Shown one piece after another: positions 48,124-57,369 of a stretch of 64,000 nucleotides of DNA (position 1 is its first letter; each line of letters starts with the position of its first letter). Under the pieces are notes generated by a model that did no database searches, had not been told where the DNA came from, and worked only from the letters and a program-made list of their open reading frames with translations. The translations under genes and the position numbers were made by a program. Origin of the DNA: Candidatus Levyibacteriota bacterium (lineage in GTDB: Bacteria; Patescibacteriota; Microgenomatia; Levybacterales; UBA12049); the NCBI GenBank assembly GCA_963790825.1, contig CAWBPM010000002.1, forward strand, positions 4,721-68,720, written 5' to 3'.

Positions 48124-48693
48124 TTAGTTCCCAAAAGGATTTTTCACTGTCCTCATATGATTTACCGGCCAATACACGAAAAATGATCTCCCGATAATAG
48201 CAGATCTCTGTAAAAGTCCCCATTCCCTAGAATCAGAACTGTACGGCCTGTTGTCCCCCATGACAAGATATTCGTTTTGAGGTATCTGAACAGGCACATC
48301 TTCTTTCATAAATGCGCCTCCATAGGTTCGAATATCACTTTTCAAATATACGCTTTCATCAAGTTTCTTTCCGTTAATATTAACAAACCCATTCATAAGA
48401 GTCACCGTCTCTCCCGGAAGACCGATGACCCGCTTAATGTAATCTTTTTCCCTATCAACCGGTGCGATAAACACTATTACATCCCCTCGTTTCGGATCAT
48501 CAAATCTGAGACTAATGAGATTAGTTAAAATATACTCACCATTTTTGAACGTCGGATACATAGAGTCTCCACTTACCTGAAAGGGCCGGAAGAAAAAAAT
48601 ATAAATAACGAGAAAAATTGATGCGGCGAGGAGAAGGGTTTGGATCGTGTCTACAAAAAAGCTATAAATGTATTTAACAACAGATAAAAACAT
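48124..48693 (-). CDS. lepB: signal peptidase I
   Basis: V.GDSMYP, YIKRVIGLPG, MGDNR..SSDSR.WG. Confidence 0.93.
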   Translation of the reverse strand: MFLSVVKYIYSFFVDTIQTLLLAASIFLVIYIFFFRPFQVSGDSMYPTFKNGEYILTNLISLRFDDPKRGDVIVFIAPVDREKDYIKRVIGLPGETVTLMNGFVNINGKKLDESVYLKSDIRTYGGAFMKEDVPVQIPQNEYLVMGDNRPYSSDSREWGLLQRSAIIGRSFFVYWPVNHMRTVKNPFGN

Positions 48694-48777
48694 GCTTATC
48701 TATTATTTTAGATTTGGCTCCGTTTGTCAATCGGAAAAGTTTTTGTTAAGATAGAGAAGAACGTTATGTATTTTTCT

Positions 48778-48851
48778 GGCCGGTTAGCTCAGTTGGTTAG
48801 AGCGTTGCATTCACATTGCAAATGTCGGAGGTTCGAATCCCTCACCGGCCA
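48778..48851 (+). tRNA. tRNA-Val (anticodon CAC), CCA not encoded
   Basis: Acceptor stem ggccggt/accggcc, D arm gctc-agttggtta-gagc, anticodon arm ttgca-ttCACat-tgcaa, T loop ttcgaat. Confidence 0.93.
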
Positions 48852-49057
48852 CGAAAATAACGTCACCGTTAATTTCTCATACCCTTATCCGCTTTAGGTA
48901 TTTGGTAAACTATTCGTTTCTAAAAAAATCTGAACCCCCAACCTCATATTAAATAAAAATTCAAAGAGGTACTCAAGTAGGTTAGAAACTTGTTATAAAA
49001 AGTATTATAAAATTAGTACGTACTTACGAGAAGACTAAATTGTTACATCTACATAAA

Positions 49058-50302
49058 CTATTTCAAATTTTTCGGATAAACAACACGTTTCTTAAGAATT
49101 GATTCTGATCGTTTAGTGACGGCAGAATTGTTTATCGCATGTTCTATTAGGTAAAAGCTTATATATGCTATCGGTAAGTAAATCAATATAAGCTTGGGGT
49201 AAAAAGCCATTGAAAGCATGTTTAGCATATTTGCAATTACAACATATCCCAGCAGTTCTTCCTTATGATAATGAGCGGCTAACAAAAATACGCCAAGTAT
49301 TAAAGAAATAAAAGCAGGATAAGAATATCTAAAGCTAGATACCATTATCCACGGCTGATTTGTTGTGGGGAACGAGAGAAACCATAAAATGGTGAATAAA
49401 CCCAGTAGAAATAATTTATCTACCCCGTAAATATTTTGTTGCTTTTTGAGAATAAACTTACTAAACAGTGAGGCAATTGCAATAAGTGGAGAGAATAACC
49501 AAAGTTTATATTCGCCAAAGCCTGCATCAAACATTTGTAAAGGGTGTAGAAGTGTTTCTTTCCATACAGTGTCATAAGAAGCTGGGATAGGCCCATGAAA
49601 TCCAAGTAGGGTTACAGGATAAAATGGATCGTTGGTGGCTAGGTAATTTCTCAAATACCAAAACAATCCAAATAATGAGAGTGGTATTAAAAATACAATG
49701 ACTCTGAAAATATTTAAAGCAGGGAATACTTTTCTTATAGAGAAAACTAATAAAATGAGCATAAACATAGGTGCTGAATACTTTGAACCAATCAACATCC
49801 CAAGAACGAAACCAAGTTTGGCAAAATAACGAATACTCCTTTCGGGATTTTCCAATAGGATAATGCTTAAGACATAAAATACTGCCACCCAAACATCTAT
49901 ACTGACAGCATTAAACCACCGCATAATGACGTTTAGAGAAAAAATAGTTATAGCAAACAGGAGTGCATTGTAATACTTAAGTCTAAAAATTAATCCAAGT
50001 TTCCAACAACAAAAAAATAGAATAACTGCAGCGAATAAATTAGAGAGTGTCAGAGGAATATGAAAAAAAAGAAAAATAGAGTTAATAGCCTCAGAGGAGC
50101 CGGGGAAATACCATTTTGGATATTTAAAATGTGCAGCATTTAGAAAATGACCATCAAGAATTGATTGTGAAATAGGAATATGATAATCGTAACTGTCTCC
50201 AAGTGCAGGAATAGGATTTAATAAACCGGCATAACAATAATAAACAAAATAATAAATAGCAATAAGAAGTGCGATTTTTGTAAGTGTGACAACTTTTATC
50301 AT
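49058..50302 (-). CDS. multi-pass membrane protein, probable GT-C glycosyltransferase
   Basis: DS..YH.P luminal motif, D, K, WYLRN....P.YP, RY; AT-rich. Confidence 0.6.
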   Translation of the reverse strand: MIKVVTLTKIALLIAIYYFVYYCYAGLLNPIPALGDSYDYHIPISQSILDGHFLNAAHFKYPKWYFPGSSEAINSIFLFFHIPLTLSNLFAAVILFFCCWKLGLIFRLKYYNALLFAITIFSLNVIMRWFNAVSIDVWVAVFYVLSIILLENPERSIRYFAKLGFVLGMLIGSKYSAPMFMLILLVFSIRKVFPALNIFRVIVFLIPLSLFGLFWYLRNYLATNDPFYPVTLLGFHGPIPASYDTVWKETLLHPLQMFDAGFGEYKLWLFSPLIAIASLFSKFILKKQQNIYGVDKLFLLGLFTILWFLSFPTTNQPWIMVSSFRYSYPAFISLILGVFLLAAHYHKEELLGYVVIANMLNMLSMAFYPKLILIYLPIAYISFYLIEHAINNSAVTKRSESILKKRVVYPKNLK

Positions 50303-50332
50303 TAAAACTATTTTAACAAGTTTTTATTATTT

Positions 50333-50514
50333 TATACAGTTTATATAAACTATTCGATTTCGTACATGAGTTTAGGTGACTTATTATCTAACACGAATAC
50401 AATCACTGGCATGAAGGAGAAACAGGCGATGCTACTGGTCCAAACGTGCATTTTCAAATAAACCTGTACAAAATACCGATAAACCCGAGGATATTTTTGT
50501 CAGGGAATCCATGA
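50333..50514 (+). pseudogene. M23 metallopeptidase C-terminal remnant
   Basis: YTVYINYSISYMSLGDLLSNTNTITG, then a frameshift to EGETGDATGPNVHFQINLYKIPINPRIFLSGNP* (50413-50514); HxH motif altered to NVH. Confidence 0.6.
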
Positions 50515-50682
50515 TATTGCCTTTTTCTTATACCCTAAAATGTGTATAATAAGAGTATTGTTTCTTAAAAAAACAATATTTAAAAGCCTTAGTAAACAGT
50601 AAGCTTTTAAGAGTAAAAAATACTTTCGCTTATGTTATTTTAGCAACGTTTGTAGTTACTTACTAATAAGAATTCAATAATT

Positions 50683-51684
50683 ATGACAGTCAATGTTGTT
50701 TCCGAAGCAGAATTCTTTTCCAAGGATCATGGTGTTTACACAGCGTATATTAATCAGGTCGAAATGCTGCGAAAAAAACAAATTCATGTCATCATTAATT
50801 CCCGCCGTCAAGCCGACATTCTACATTTCCATACGCTCGGGCCGTTTAGCCTTGTTAAACTGCTTACTTCTCGTGTTCCGACTGTTGTCTCAGCTCATAT
50901 CATTCCCGATTCGTTTAAAGGCAGCCTGAAGGGGGAGAAGTACTGGGGCGGTATATCCTCACGTTATTTACGGTTTTTTTATAATAAAGCAGATTTAGTA
51001 CTGGCTGTCGCGCCGCAGGTTAAGAAACAGCTTTTGGACTTGGGTGTAAAAAGCAGAATTGAAATTTTCCCGAATCCCATTAACGAAGACATATTTAAAA
51101 AAGATCCCAAGTGCCGCAGTACCGGAAGAAAGTTACTGGAAATAACAGAAAACGATATACTTCTTCTTGGAGCAGGCCAGGTTCAGCCTAGAAAGGGCAT
51201 AGAGGATTTTATTTTAATTGCCAAAGCACTTCCGCAGTATAAATTCCGCTGGATTGGCGGTAAGCCGTTTAAAGGTCTTACTGCGGAAAACAGTAAGCTA
51301 AACGAATTGATTGAAAATAAACCCGATAATTTTGATTTTGCAGGACCATTTAGCTATTCGGATATGCCAAGTATCTATAACGGCGCCGATATTTTCCTTT
51401 TTCCTTCTCTTCAGGAAAACGCACCCATGGCAATTATTGAAGCAGCCGCGTGCGGCCTGCCGTTACTTCTTAAAAACTTACCGGAATACAAATTGTTATA
51501 CGTAAAAGGCTACTTATCTGCAGATAGTGTAGATGACTACGAAAAGCTTATTAAAAAACTAATTGAGGATGGCCGGTTCTATAAAGATTCGGTTACGGGA
51601 AGCAAGTATATTGCGGAGAAATTTTCCACAGATGCATTGGGAGATACATTAATAAATTATTATCAATCTTTGTTGACAAGCTAA
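50683..51684 (+). CDS. GT4 glycosyltransferase
   Basis: HGV, RKG, FLFPSLQENAPMAIIEAAACGLP. Confidence 0.88.
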   Translation: MTVNVVSEAEFFSKDHGVYTAYINQVEMLRKKQIHVIINSRRQADILHFHTLGPFSLVKLLTSRVPTVVSAHIIPDSFKGSLKGEKYWGGISSRYLRFFYNKADLVLAVAPQVKKQLLDLGVKSRIEIFPNPINEDIFKKDPKCRSTGRKLLEITENDILLLGAGQVQPRKGIEDFILIAKALPQYKFRWIGGKPFKGLTAENSKLNELIENKPDNFDFAGPFSYSDMPSIYNGADIFLFPSLQENAPMAIIEAAACGLPLLLKNLPEYKLLYVKGYLSADSVDDYEKLIKKLIEDGRFYKDSVTGSKYIAEKFSTDALGDTLINYYQSLLTS

Positions 51685-51711
51685 GACCATTTCGGGTTTA
51701 AAAATTCCCTT

Positions 51712-52761
51712 ATGAAAATTCTGTTTTTCTGCAGACTATTTTATCCCCATATTGGCGGCGTAGAAAAGCACGTCTTGGAACTTTCCAAAGAATTAAGTAA
51801 AAAAGGAAACGAAATTGTCATTGTTACAGAACAGATTTCTGAAAATGACAAAACTGCCGAACAACTCGAAATACCCGAAAGTAAGACAAAAATTCAAATT
51901 TATCGAATTCCTGTAGGGAAAGACGATTATTTTAAAAAATTAAGAATATGGAAGTGGTTCTGGCAGCACAGAAATCTGCTGCAAAATGCCGATATTATTC
52001 ATATCCACGATGTATTCTTCTGGTATTTGCCATTTCGGTTTCTAAGCCCTCTTAAACGGGTCTACGTGACCTTCCACGGATATGAGAGCTATCCGATTCG
52101 GAAAAAAGCAATAATGGTAAGAAAAATTGCCGAGAAGTTATCATGGGGAAATATCTGTATCGGGGATTTTATTACGAAATGGTATATGACAAAGCCTACA
52201 TTTGTGTCTTACGGCGCGGTGGATACCGGGCAAAATATTCTCAAAATTCAAAAGGTAAAAAATGAGTCAGCCGTCTTTATCGGCCGGCTTGATGAACAAA
52301 CGGGCATACTTGAATATATAAAAGCGGTTAAAACCATAAAAAAGAAATATCCACAATTTGAGTTATTGGTCGTAGGGGACGGAAAATATAGAGAATTAGT
52401 GAAGGGAAATAGTAAAATAATAGGTTTCCGAAATAATCCTGAGCAATATTTTGCAACTTATCATTTTGCTTTTGCTTCCAGATACCTCTCGATACTTGAA
52501 GCCTTGTCTGCCAAACGATTGGTTTTTGCACTCTTCGATAACCCGGTGAAAGAAGATTATCTGCGAATGGCGCCGTTTGCACCATTTATTATTATCAAAA
52601 AAGACCCGGAAAAATTAGCAGAAAAAGTGGAATATTTCTTAGGACATCCCGAAAAAGAAAAAGAGAATATTGAAAAGGGCTACGAATGGGTGAAAGGGGA
52701 GACTTGGAGAAAAATGGCCCAAATTTATTTACAATTATGGAAAGAAAACAAACTCGAATAA
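51712..52761 (+). CDS. GT4-like glycosyltransferase
   Basis: F.P.IGGVEKH, TFHG, FIGRL, GDG, SILEAL. Confidence 0.8.
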   Translation: MKILFFCRLFYPHIGGVEKHVLELSKELSKKGNEIVIVTEQISENDKTAEQLEIPESKTKIQIYRIPVGKDDYFKKLRIWKWFWQHRNLLQNADIIHIHDVFFWYLPFRFLSPLKRVYVTFHGYESYPIRKKAIMVRKIAEKLSWGNICIGDFITKWYMTKPTFVSYGAVDTGQNILKIQKVKNESAVFIGRLDEQTGILEYIKAVKTIKKKYPQFELLVVGDGKYRELVKGNSKIIGFRNNPEQYFATYHFAFASRYLSILEALSAKRLVFALFDNPVKEDYLRMAPFAPFIIIKKDPEKLAEKVEYFLGHPEKEKENIEKGYEWVKGETWRKMAQIYLQLWKENKLE

Positions 52762-52832
52762 GTAAATCTATGTTGTAAATTTCCCTTTAGAATAGAATCA
52801 TATATAATATGACTGAGAGTTGCAATAAATAG

Positions 52833-53312
52833 ATGAGTGACGCTATAAAAATTATAAATAATTGTAAAATAGGTAAAAATACGAAAGTATATAATTTCGC
52901 TAATCTTTATGGTTGCGAAATAGGAGAGAATTGTAGAATTGGTTCATTTGTTGAAATCCAAAAGGGAGTCAAAATAGGCAATAGAGTAAAAATAGAGTCT
53001 CATACTTTTATTTGTGAAGGCGTGACGATTGAAGATGACGTTTTTATCGGACACCATGTAGTTTTTATTAACGATAAATATCCCCATGCGAGTAAACGTT
53101 CAAAAGAATTACAAACTGAAGAAGATTGGAAAATACTCCGGACTCTAATTGGTAAAGGTGCATCTATCGGTTCAAATGCTACCATCCTTGGCGGAATAAC
53201 GATTAGCGATTATGCTATGGTTGGAGCAGGTTCCGTTGTTACGAAAGATATTCTGCCATATACAGTTGTTATCGGTAATCCCGCGAAAATAATACGTAAA
53301 TTACATCCTTAA
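52833..53312 (+). CDS. hexapeptide-repeat sugar N-acyltransferase (WbpD/WlbB/FdtC-like)
   Basis: LbH repeats, FICEGVTIED.VFIG, FIND.YP, VGAGSVVTKD, GNPA. Confidence 0.88.
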   Translation: MSDAIKIINNCKIGKNTKVYNFANLYGCEIGENCRIGSFVEIQKGVKIGNRVKIESHTFICEGVTIEDDVFIGHHVVFINDKYPHASKRSKELQTEEDWKILRTLIGKGASIGSNATILGGITISDYAMVGAGSVVTKDILPYTVVIGNPAKIIRKLHP

Positions 53313-53999
53313 GCGGAGAAAAACAATATCCCTGAGTGATGAAACCACTAATTTGAGATTACCCCCCGAACTTTTTCTTTTTATCCGTTTGCTGAAATCA
53401 ATAGGTACACTTGCGATTTTCTTTCCATTTTTAGCCGCGCGAATAATCATTTCGGCTTCAAAAAAAACGCTTTTTGACACAAGCGGGAATGAATGAATTA
53501 GTTCTCGCTTGATAACTTTTATGCTCCCTGCATCAATAGTTCTAGTTTGAAATAGGATATATGGTAAAAAATTATAAAAAAATGAAACAATTTTTCTATA
53601 GAACGAATAATCGGAATAGGTTCTTTTACCAATCACAATATCTGCTTGATTTTTATCTGCAAAAAGTAACAATTTTTTGATATCTTGAGGATTCCAATCT
53701 CCATCTACACTAAAAAGAACGATATAAGCATATCCGGCAGTTTTATAAAGGTTTAATATTGTTTTTGCAATTCCTTGATTTTGTTTATTGAAGATAAGTT
53801 TAAAACAACGATTATACATAAAATGCTTTTTTAAGATTGAACGTGAACCATCGGTACTTTTATCATCACAAACAATTATTTCGTATTTAGCGCATATACT
53901 CTTCATGACCTTTTCGCATTCTTTTAGTTGTAAAACTGCAGTTTTTTCATTATTAAAAAGGGGAATGACGAGCGATGCTTCAGATAAAAAAGATTTCAT
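53301..53999 (-). CDS. GT2 glycosyltransferase
   Basis: VIP..N, DD.STDG, N.G, VDG, DIVIG.R. Confidence 0.8.
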   Translation of the reverse strand: MKSFLSEASLVIPLFNNEKTAVLQLKECEKVMKSICAKYEIIVCDDKSTDGSRSILKKHFMYNRCFKLIFNKQNQGIAKTILNLYKTAGYAYIVLFSVDGDWNPQDIKKLLLFADKNQADIVIGKRTYSDYSFYRKIVSFFYNFLPYILFQTRTIDAGSIKVIKRELIHSFPLVSKSVFFEAEMIIRAAKNGKKIASVPIDFSKRIKRKSSGGNLKLVVSSLRDIVFLRLRM

Positions 54000-54997
54000 A
54001 GAATGATTTCCCGGTGGGTTATAAGTGCTTGCTCTATTTTTTCCAGTAAAGTTACTACTTTTAATCCTTCCTGCCCATCAGTCAAGGGCTCTTTATTTGC
54101 TGCGATACACTCTATGAAATGTATAAGCTCGGTAGATAACGCTTCTTTTTGTTCCAAGTGGGGAATAATAATATCTCCACTTCTATACGCAGGAGAAAAA
54201 GGAGTGACAGACAGAGGAGAAGGAATAACCCCCTTATCATAAAGTTTTATTTTTTCAGTCGGCTCAATATCATTATATACAATCATTTTTTTACTTCCTC
54301 CGATAAGAATAGAACGAATTTTTACCGGAGAGAGCCAACTTACATGAATGTGAGTTGATATATTATTTTCAAGTTGTAAAAAAATATGCGCAACTTCATA
54401 CTGATTACCAATGAATGCAGATCCAAAAGCTTGAATAGAAATAGGCCTTTCAGGGAAAAGGTGAGTAATAATTGACAGGTCGTGAGGGGCTAAATCCCAG
54501 ATAACGCTTGCATCCTTTTGAATTATTCCCAGATTAATTCTTGTACTGTCATAATAATAAATTTTTCCGAGTTCGTTATGAGTAATAAATTGTTTGATTT
54601 TTTTTATTGTCTCAGAATACACAAAGGTATGCCCAACCATTAATAATTTTCTCTGTTTTTTGGCAAGTTTAATTAACATACCTGCCTCATCGCTGGTTGC
54701 TGTCATCGGTTTCTCAATCAGCACATGCTTTTTTGCTTGTATTGCTTTCTTAGCTAGTTTAAAGTGAGTCTTAATTGGAGTTGCTATAATTACCGCATCA
54801 ATTGCAGAATTATTTAAAATTAAGGAATAATGTTGTGCCATCGATACATTCGGAAAGTCTTTTTTCAAGGCCTGCAGCCTTTCTTTTTTAATTTCGCAAC
54901 CATAAACTTGTGAAACCTGCGGAATATTAAGTAAATTTCTTACCAAATTCGGTCCCCAATATCCGAGTCCTATAACCGCAACATTTATTTTTTTCAT
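53996..54997 (-). CDS. Gfo/Idh/MocA NAD-dependent oxidoreductase (WbpB/WlbA/GnnA-like)
   Basis: IGLGYWG, ATP...H, HVLIEKP, VGH, WDLAPHD. Confidence 0.88.
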   Translation of the reverse strand: MKKINVAVIGLGYWGPNLVRNLLNIPQVSQVYGCEIKKERLQALKKDFPNVSMAQHYSLILNNSAIDAVIIATPIKTHFKLAKKAIQAKKHVLIEKPMTATSDEAGMLIKLAKKQRKLLMVGHTFVYSETIKKIKQFITHNELGKIYYYDSTRINLGIIQKDASVIWDLAPHDLSIITHLFPERPISIQAFGSAFIGNQYEVAHIFLQLENNISTHIHVSWLSPVKIRSILIGGSKKMIVYNDIEPTEKIKLYDKGVIPSPLSVTPFSPAYRSGDIIIPHLEQKEALSTELIHFIECIAANKEPLTDGQEGLKVVTLLEKIEQALITHREIIL

Positions 54998-55029
54998 TGT
55001 ATGGTAAAATTGTAACCGTAGTATACACT

Positions 55030-56169
55030 ATGCAAAATAATTTTGGAATAAAAATAAAAGTTCCATTTACCGATCTATCGGTAAAAGATCAGAAAATATT
55101 TTTAAAGAAAATAAATACTGTATTGAAAAGAGGAAATTTTGTTTTAGGCAAAGAAGTTGACATGTTTGAGCGGGAGTTCGCAGCGTATTTAGAGGTAAAG
55201 TACTGTGTCGGAGTGGCGTCGGGAACCGACGCAATTTTACTTGCGCTCAGAGCTTTAGATATTTCTCAGGACGATGAAGTCATTGTTCCCGCATTTACCT
55301 TTGTAGCAAGTGCGACACCAATTCTTATGCTTGGTGCTCGGGCGGTTTTTGTTGACATAAAACCAAATTTACCAATTATTGATGAGAACAAAGTTGAAAA
55401 AGCAATAACTAAAAAAACAAAGGCAATTATCGCTGTACATTTATATGGTTATCCATGCAATTTGCAGGAACTGCAATCAATTGCAAAAAAACACAGAATA
55501 GCTTTAGTAGAAGATGCATCTCAAGCGCACGGTTCGTTATATAAGAACAAAAAAATCGGATCTTTCGGAGATATCGCAACATTTTCTTTTTATCCAACGA
55601 AAAATCTTGGAGCTTTTGGTGATGCAGGTGCTATCGTGACATCCGACAAATTGTTCTATGAAAAATTACTTCTGCTTCGCAATCATGGACAGGCAACAAA
55701 ATATGCGTATAAAATTCTTGGATATAACAGTAGACTTGATTCTTTGCAGGCGGGAGTTCTTAGGCTAAAACTAAAATCTCTTGACACGGAAAACAGAAAG
55801 AAAAAAATCCTCGTGAATAAATACGTATCTAAATTATCTAATTTACCAACAAAAATATGTTTTATAGATAATAGAGTTGAAGCGCAGCCAGCCTTTCATC
55901 TTTTTGTCATTCGGACAAAAGAAAGAGATCGTCTTAAAGAATTTTTGCAAAAACGAGGAATTGTATGTGCAATTCACTACCCGACTGCGCTTCCCGACGA
56001 GTCAATTTTTAATTATAAAAAAAATAATAAATATTATCTCAACGCCAGGAGATTTGCCTCATCCGTTTTATCGCTTCCTCTGTTTCCCGGTATGTCTGAG
56101 AGACAACTGCAATTTGTTACGGATTCGATTATTGCATTCCTTCAAAATATTAAAACAGCATTAGTATAG
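55030..56169 (+). CDS. DegT/DnrJ/EryC1/StrS sugar aminotransferase (WbpE/WlbC/GnnB-like)
   Basis: FE..FA, SGT.A, VHLYG, EDASQAHG, FSFYPTKNLG..GDAG, GYNSRLD.LQA, LSLP; start at ATG 55030. Confidence 0.92.
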   Translation: MQNNFGIKIKVPFTDLSVKDQKIFLKKINTVLKRGNFVLGKEVDMFEREFAAYLEVKYCVGVASGTDAILLALRALDISQDDEVIVPAFTFVASATPILMLGARAVFVDIKPNLPIIDENKVEKAITKKTKAIIAVHLYGYPCNLQELQSIAKKHRIALVEDASQAHGSLYKNKKIGSFGDIATFSFYPTKNLGAFGDAGAIVTSDKLFYEKLLLLRNHGQATKYAYKILGYNSRLDSLQAGVLRLKLKSLDTENRKKKILVNKYVSKLSNLPTKICFIDNRVEAQPAFHLFVIRTKERDRLKEFLQKRGIVCAIHYPTALPDESIFNYKKNNKYYLNARRFASSVLSLPLFPGMSERQLQFVTDSIIAFLQNIKTALV

Positions 56170-56203
56170 ATATCTTATAACACTAATAATCTTTATACTT
56201 TTA

Positions 56204-57274
56204 TCAAGTATTCTTTTTCTTATTCGAAAGATACCGTTTGCTAAGCCCCTCAATTCTAATCTTTTCATTTTTTGTTTTTAACCTACTCTGTCTGTAACCT
56301 TCTATTGGCTTTTCAAAAAAGAAATAGATACAGAATGAAAATATAATGGTTGTAATAATAAAGAGAAGTGTTGAGAAACTTTGGTTTGGTTTGATTGAGA
56401 ATACCGTTAATAACACTGAAATAACTAATAGATGTGAAAGATAGATAGGATAAGACAGTTCACCAATAAGTCTGTCAAAAGGAATTCTTTTCGTCAACTT
56501 AAAAATAAAAGGTACAGCAAACATCATTAAGAAAATAAAAGACCACTCTTTTATGGGAAATATACTGGTAAGATGATAATCAATCGGTATAGCGGAATAG
56601 AAAATTATTAAAATAATAATAAAGGTGAATATCCCTATCAACAAACGTAAAGGAATATCCCTTTCCCTTATTAACAAATATATCCTATAGGATATTACAC
56701 CAAAAAGAAAATAAATGATAACCTCGGGAAAGAACCAATCTCCTATTGGTTCTTTCCCTAATCTAAGAATAATAAATACTAAAAAATGTGAACATAAAGC
56801 GATCACTGATAATTTGAATATAAATTTATTGCTTTTTTTAACTATGAATGGCGCCACCAAGTAAAAATATAATTCTAAGACGAGAGTATATGCCTGGGGT
56901 AAAGTCAATATTTGTCTATAATTCGTATTTATCTGTAGAACATCATTTCTAATGATTAACGTTATATCATTGATAATATTGAAAAAAGAATTATTCAAGA
57001 AATTTTTATGTAAAAAGAAGAAGTTAAACGCAAACGTTAGAAACAATATAAGCCAATAAGTAGGAAAAATACGGAAAAATCGATTCGTGATAAAAAGCAT
57101 ATATCCACCATTTTTACCAATATATTTCTCATTAAGAATAAGTGACATATAAAACCCTGATATGATATAAAAAGATCTAAGAGCCGGATCTCTACCCAAA
57201 AGCGTAATTCCGAAGAGTGGAAAAGAATGGTGGATTACGATGCTTAAAGCGAGAAGAGTTCTGATAAGTCCCAT
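56204..57274 (-). CDS. acyltransferase-3 membrane O-acyltransferase (paralog of 25213..26331)
   Basis: MGLIR..LA..V..H, F.IISGF, NRFFRIFP.Y, TL..E.YFY, GELSYPIYL.H. Confidence 0.85.
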   Translation of the reverse strand: MGLIRTLLALSIVIHHSFPLFGITLLGRDPALRSFYIISGFYMSLILNEKYIGKNGGYMLFITNRFFRIFPTYWLILFLTFAFNFFFLHKNFLNNSFFNIINDITLIIRNDVLQINTNYRQILTLPQAYTLVLELYFYLVAPFIVKKSNKFIFKLSVIALCSHFLVFIILRLGKEPIGDWFFPEVIIYFLFGVISYRIYLLIRERDIPLRLLIGIFTFIIILIIFYSAIPIDYHLTSIFPIKEWSFIFLMMFAVPFIFKLTKRIPFDRLIGELSYPIYLSHLLVISVLLTVFSIKPNQSFSTLLFIITTIIFSFCIYFFFEKPIEGYRQSRLKTKNEKIRIEGLSKRYLSNKKKNT

Positions 57275-57369
57275 ATAGGCAGTAAAAGTTTACCATAGTT
57301 TTAGCCTATCTGCCTATGGAAAAGGGTAAATTATTTTCAATTATTTAGTATAATAATATAGTGTAAACT

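Noticed and set aside
46999-48200. parS sites near parB
   Set aside because: No TGTTTCACGTGAAACA-like palindrome seen; the promoter repeat has a 21-nt spacer.
57275-57317. ataggcag/ctgcctat inverted repeat at the acyltransferase start
   Set aside because: A single 8-bp stem with a long loop that spans the likely promoter; no supporting copies.
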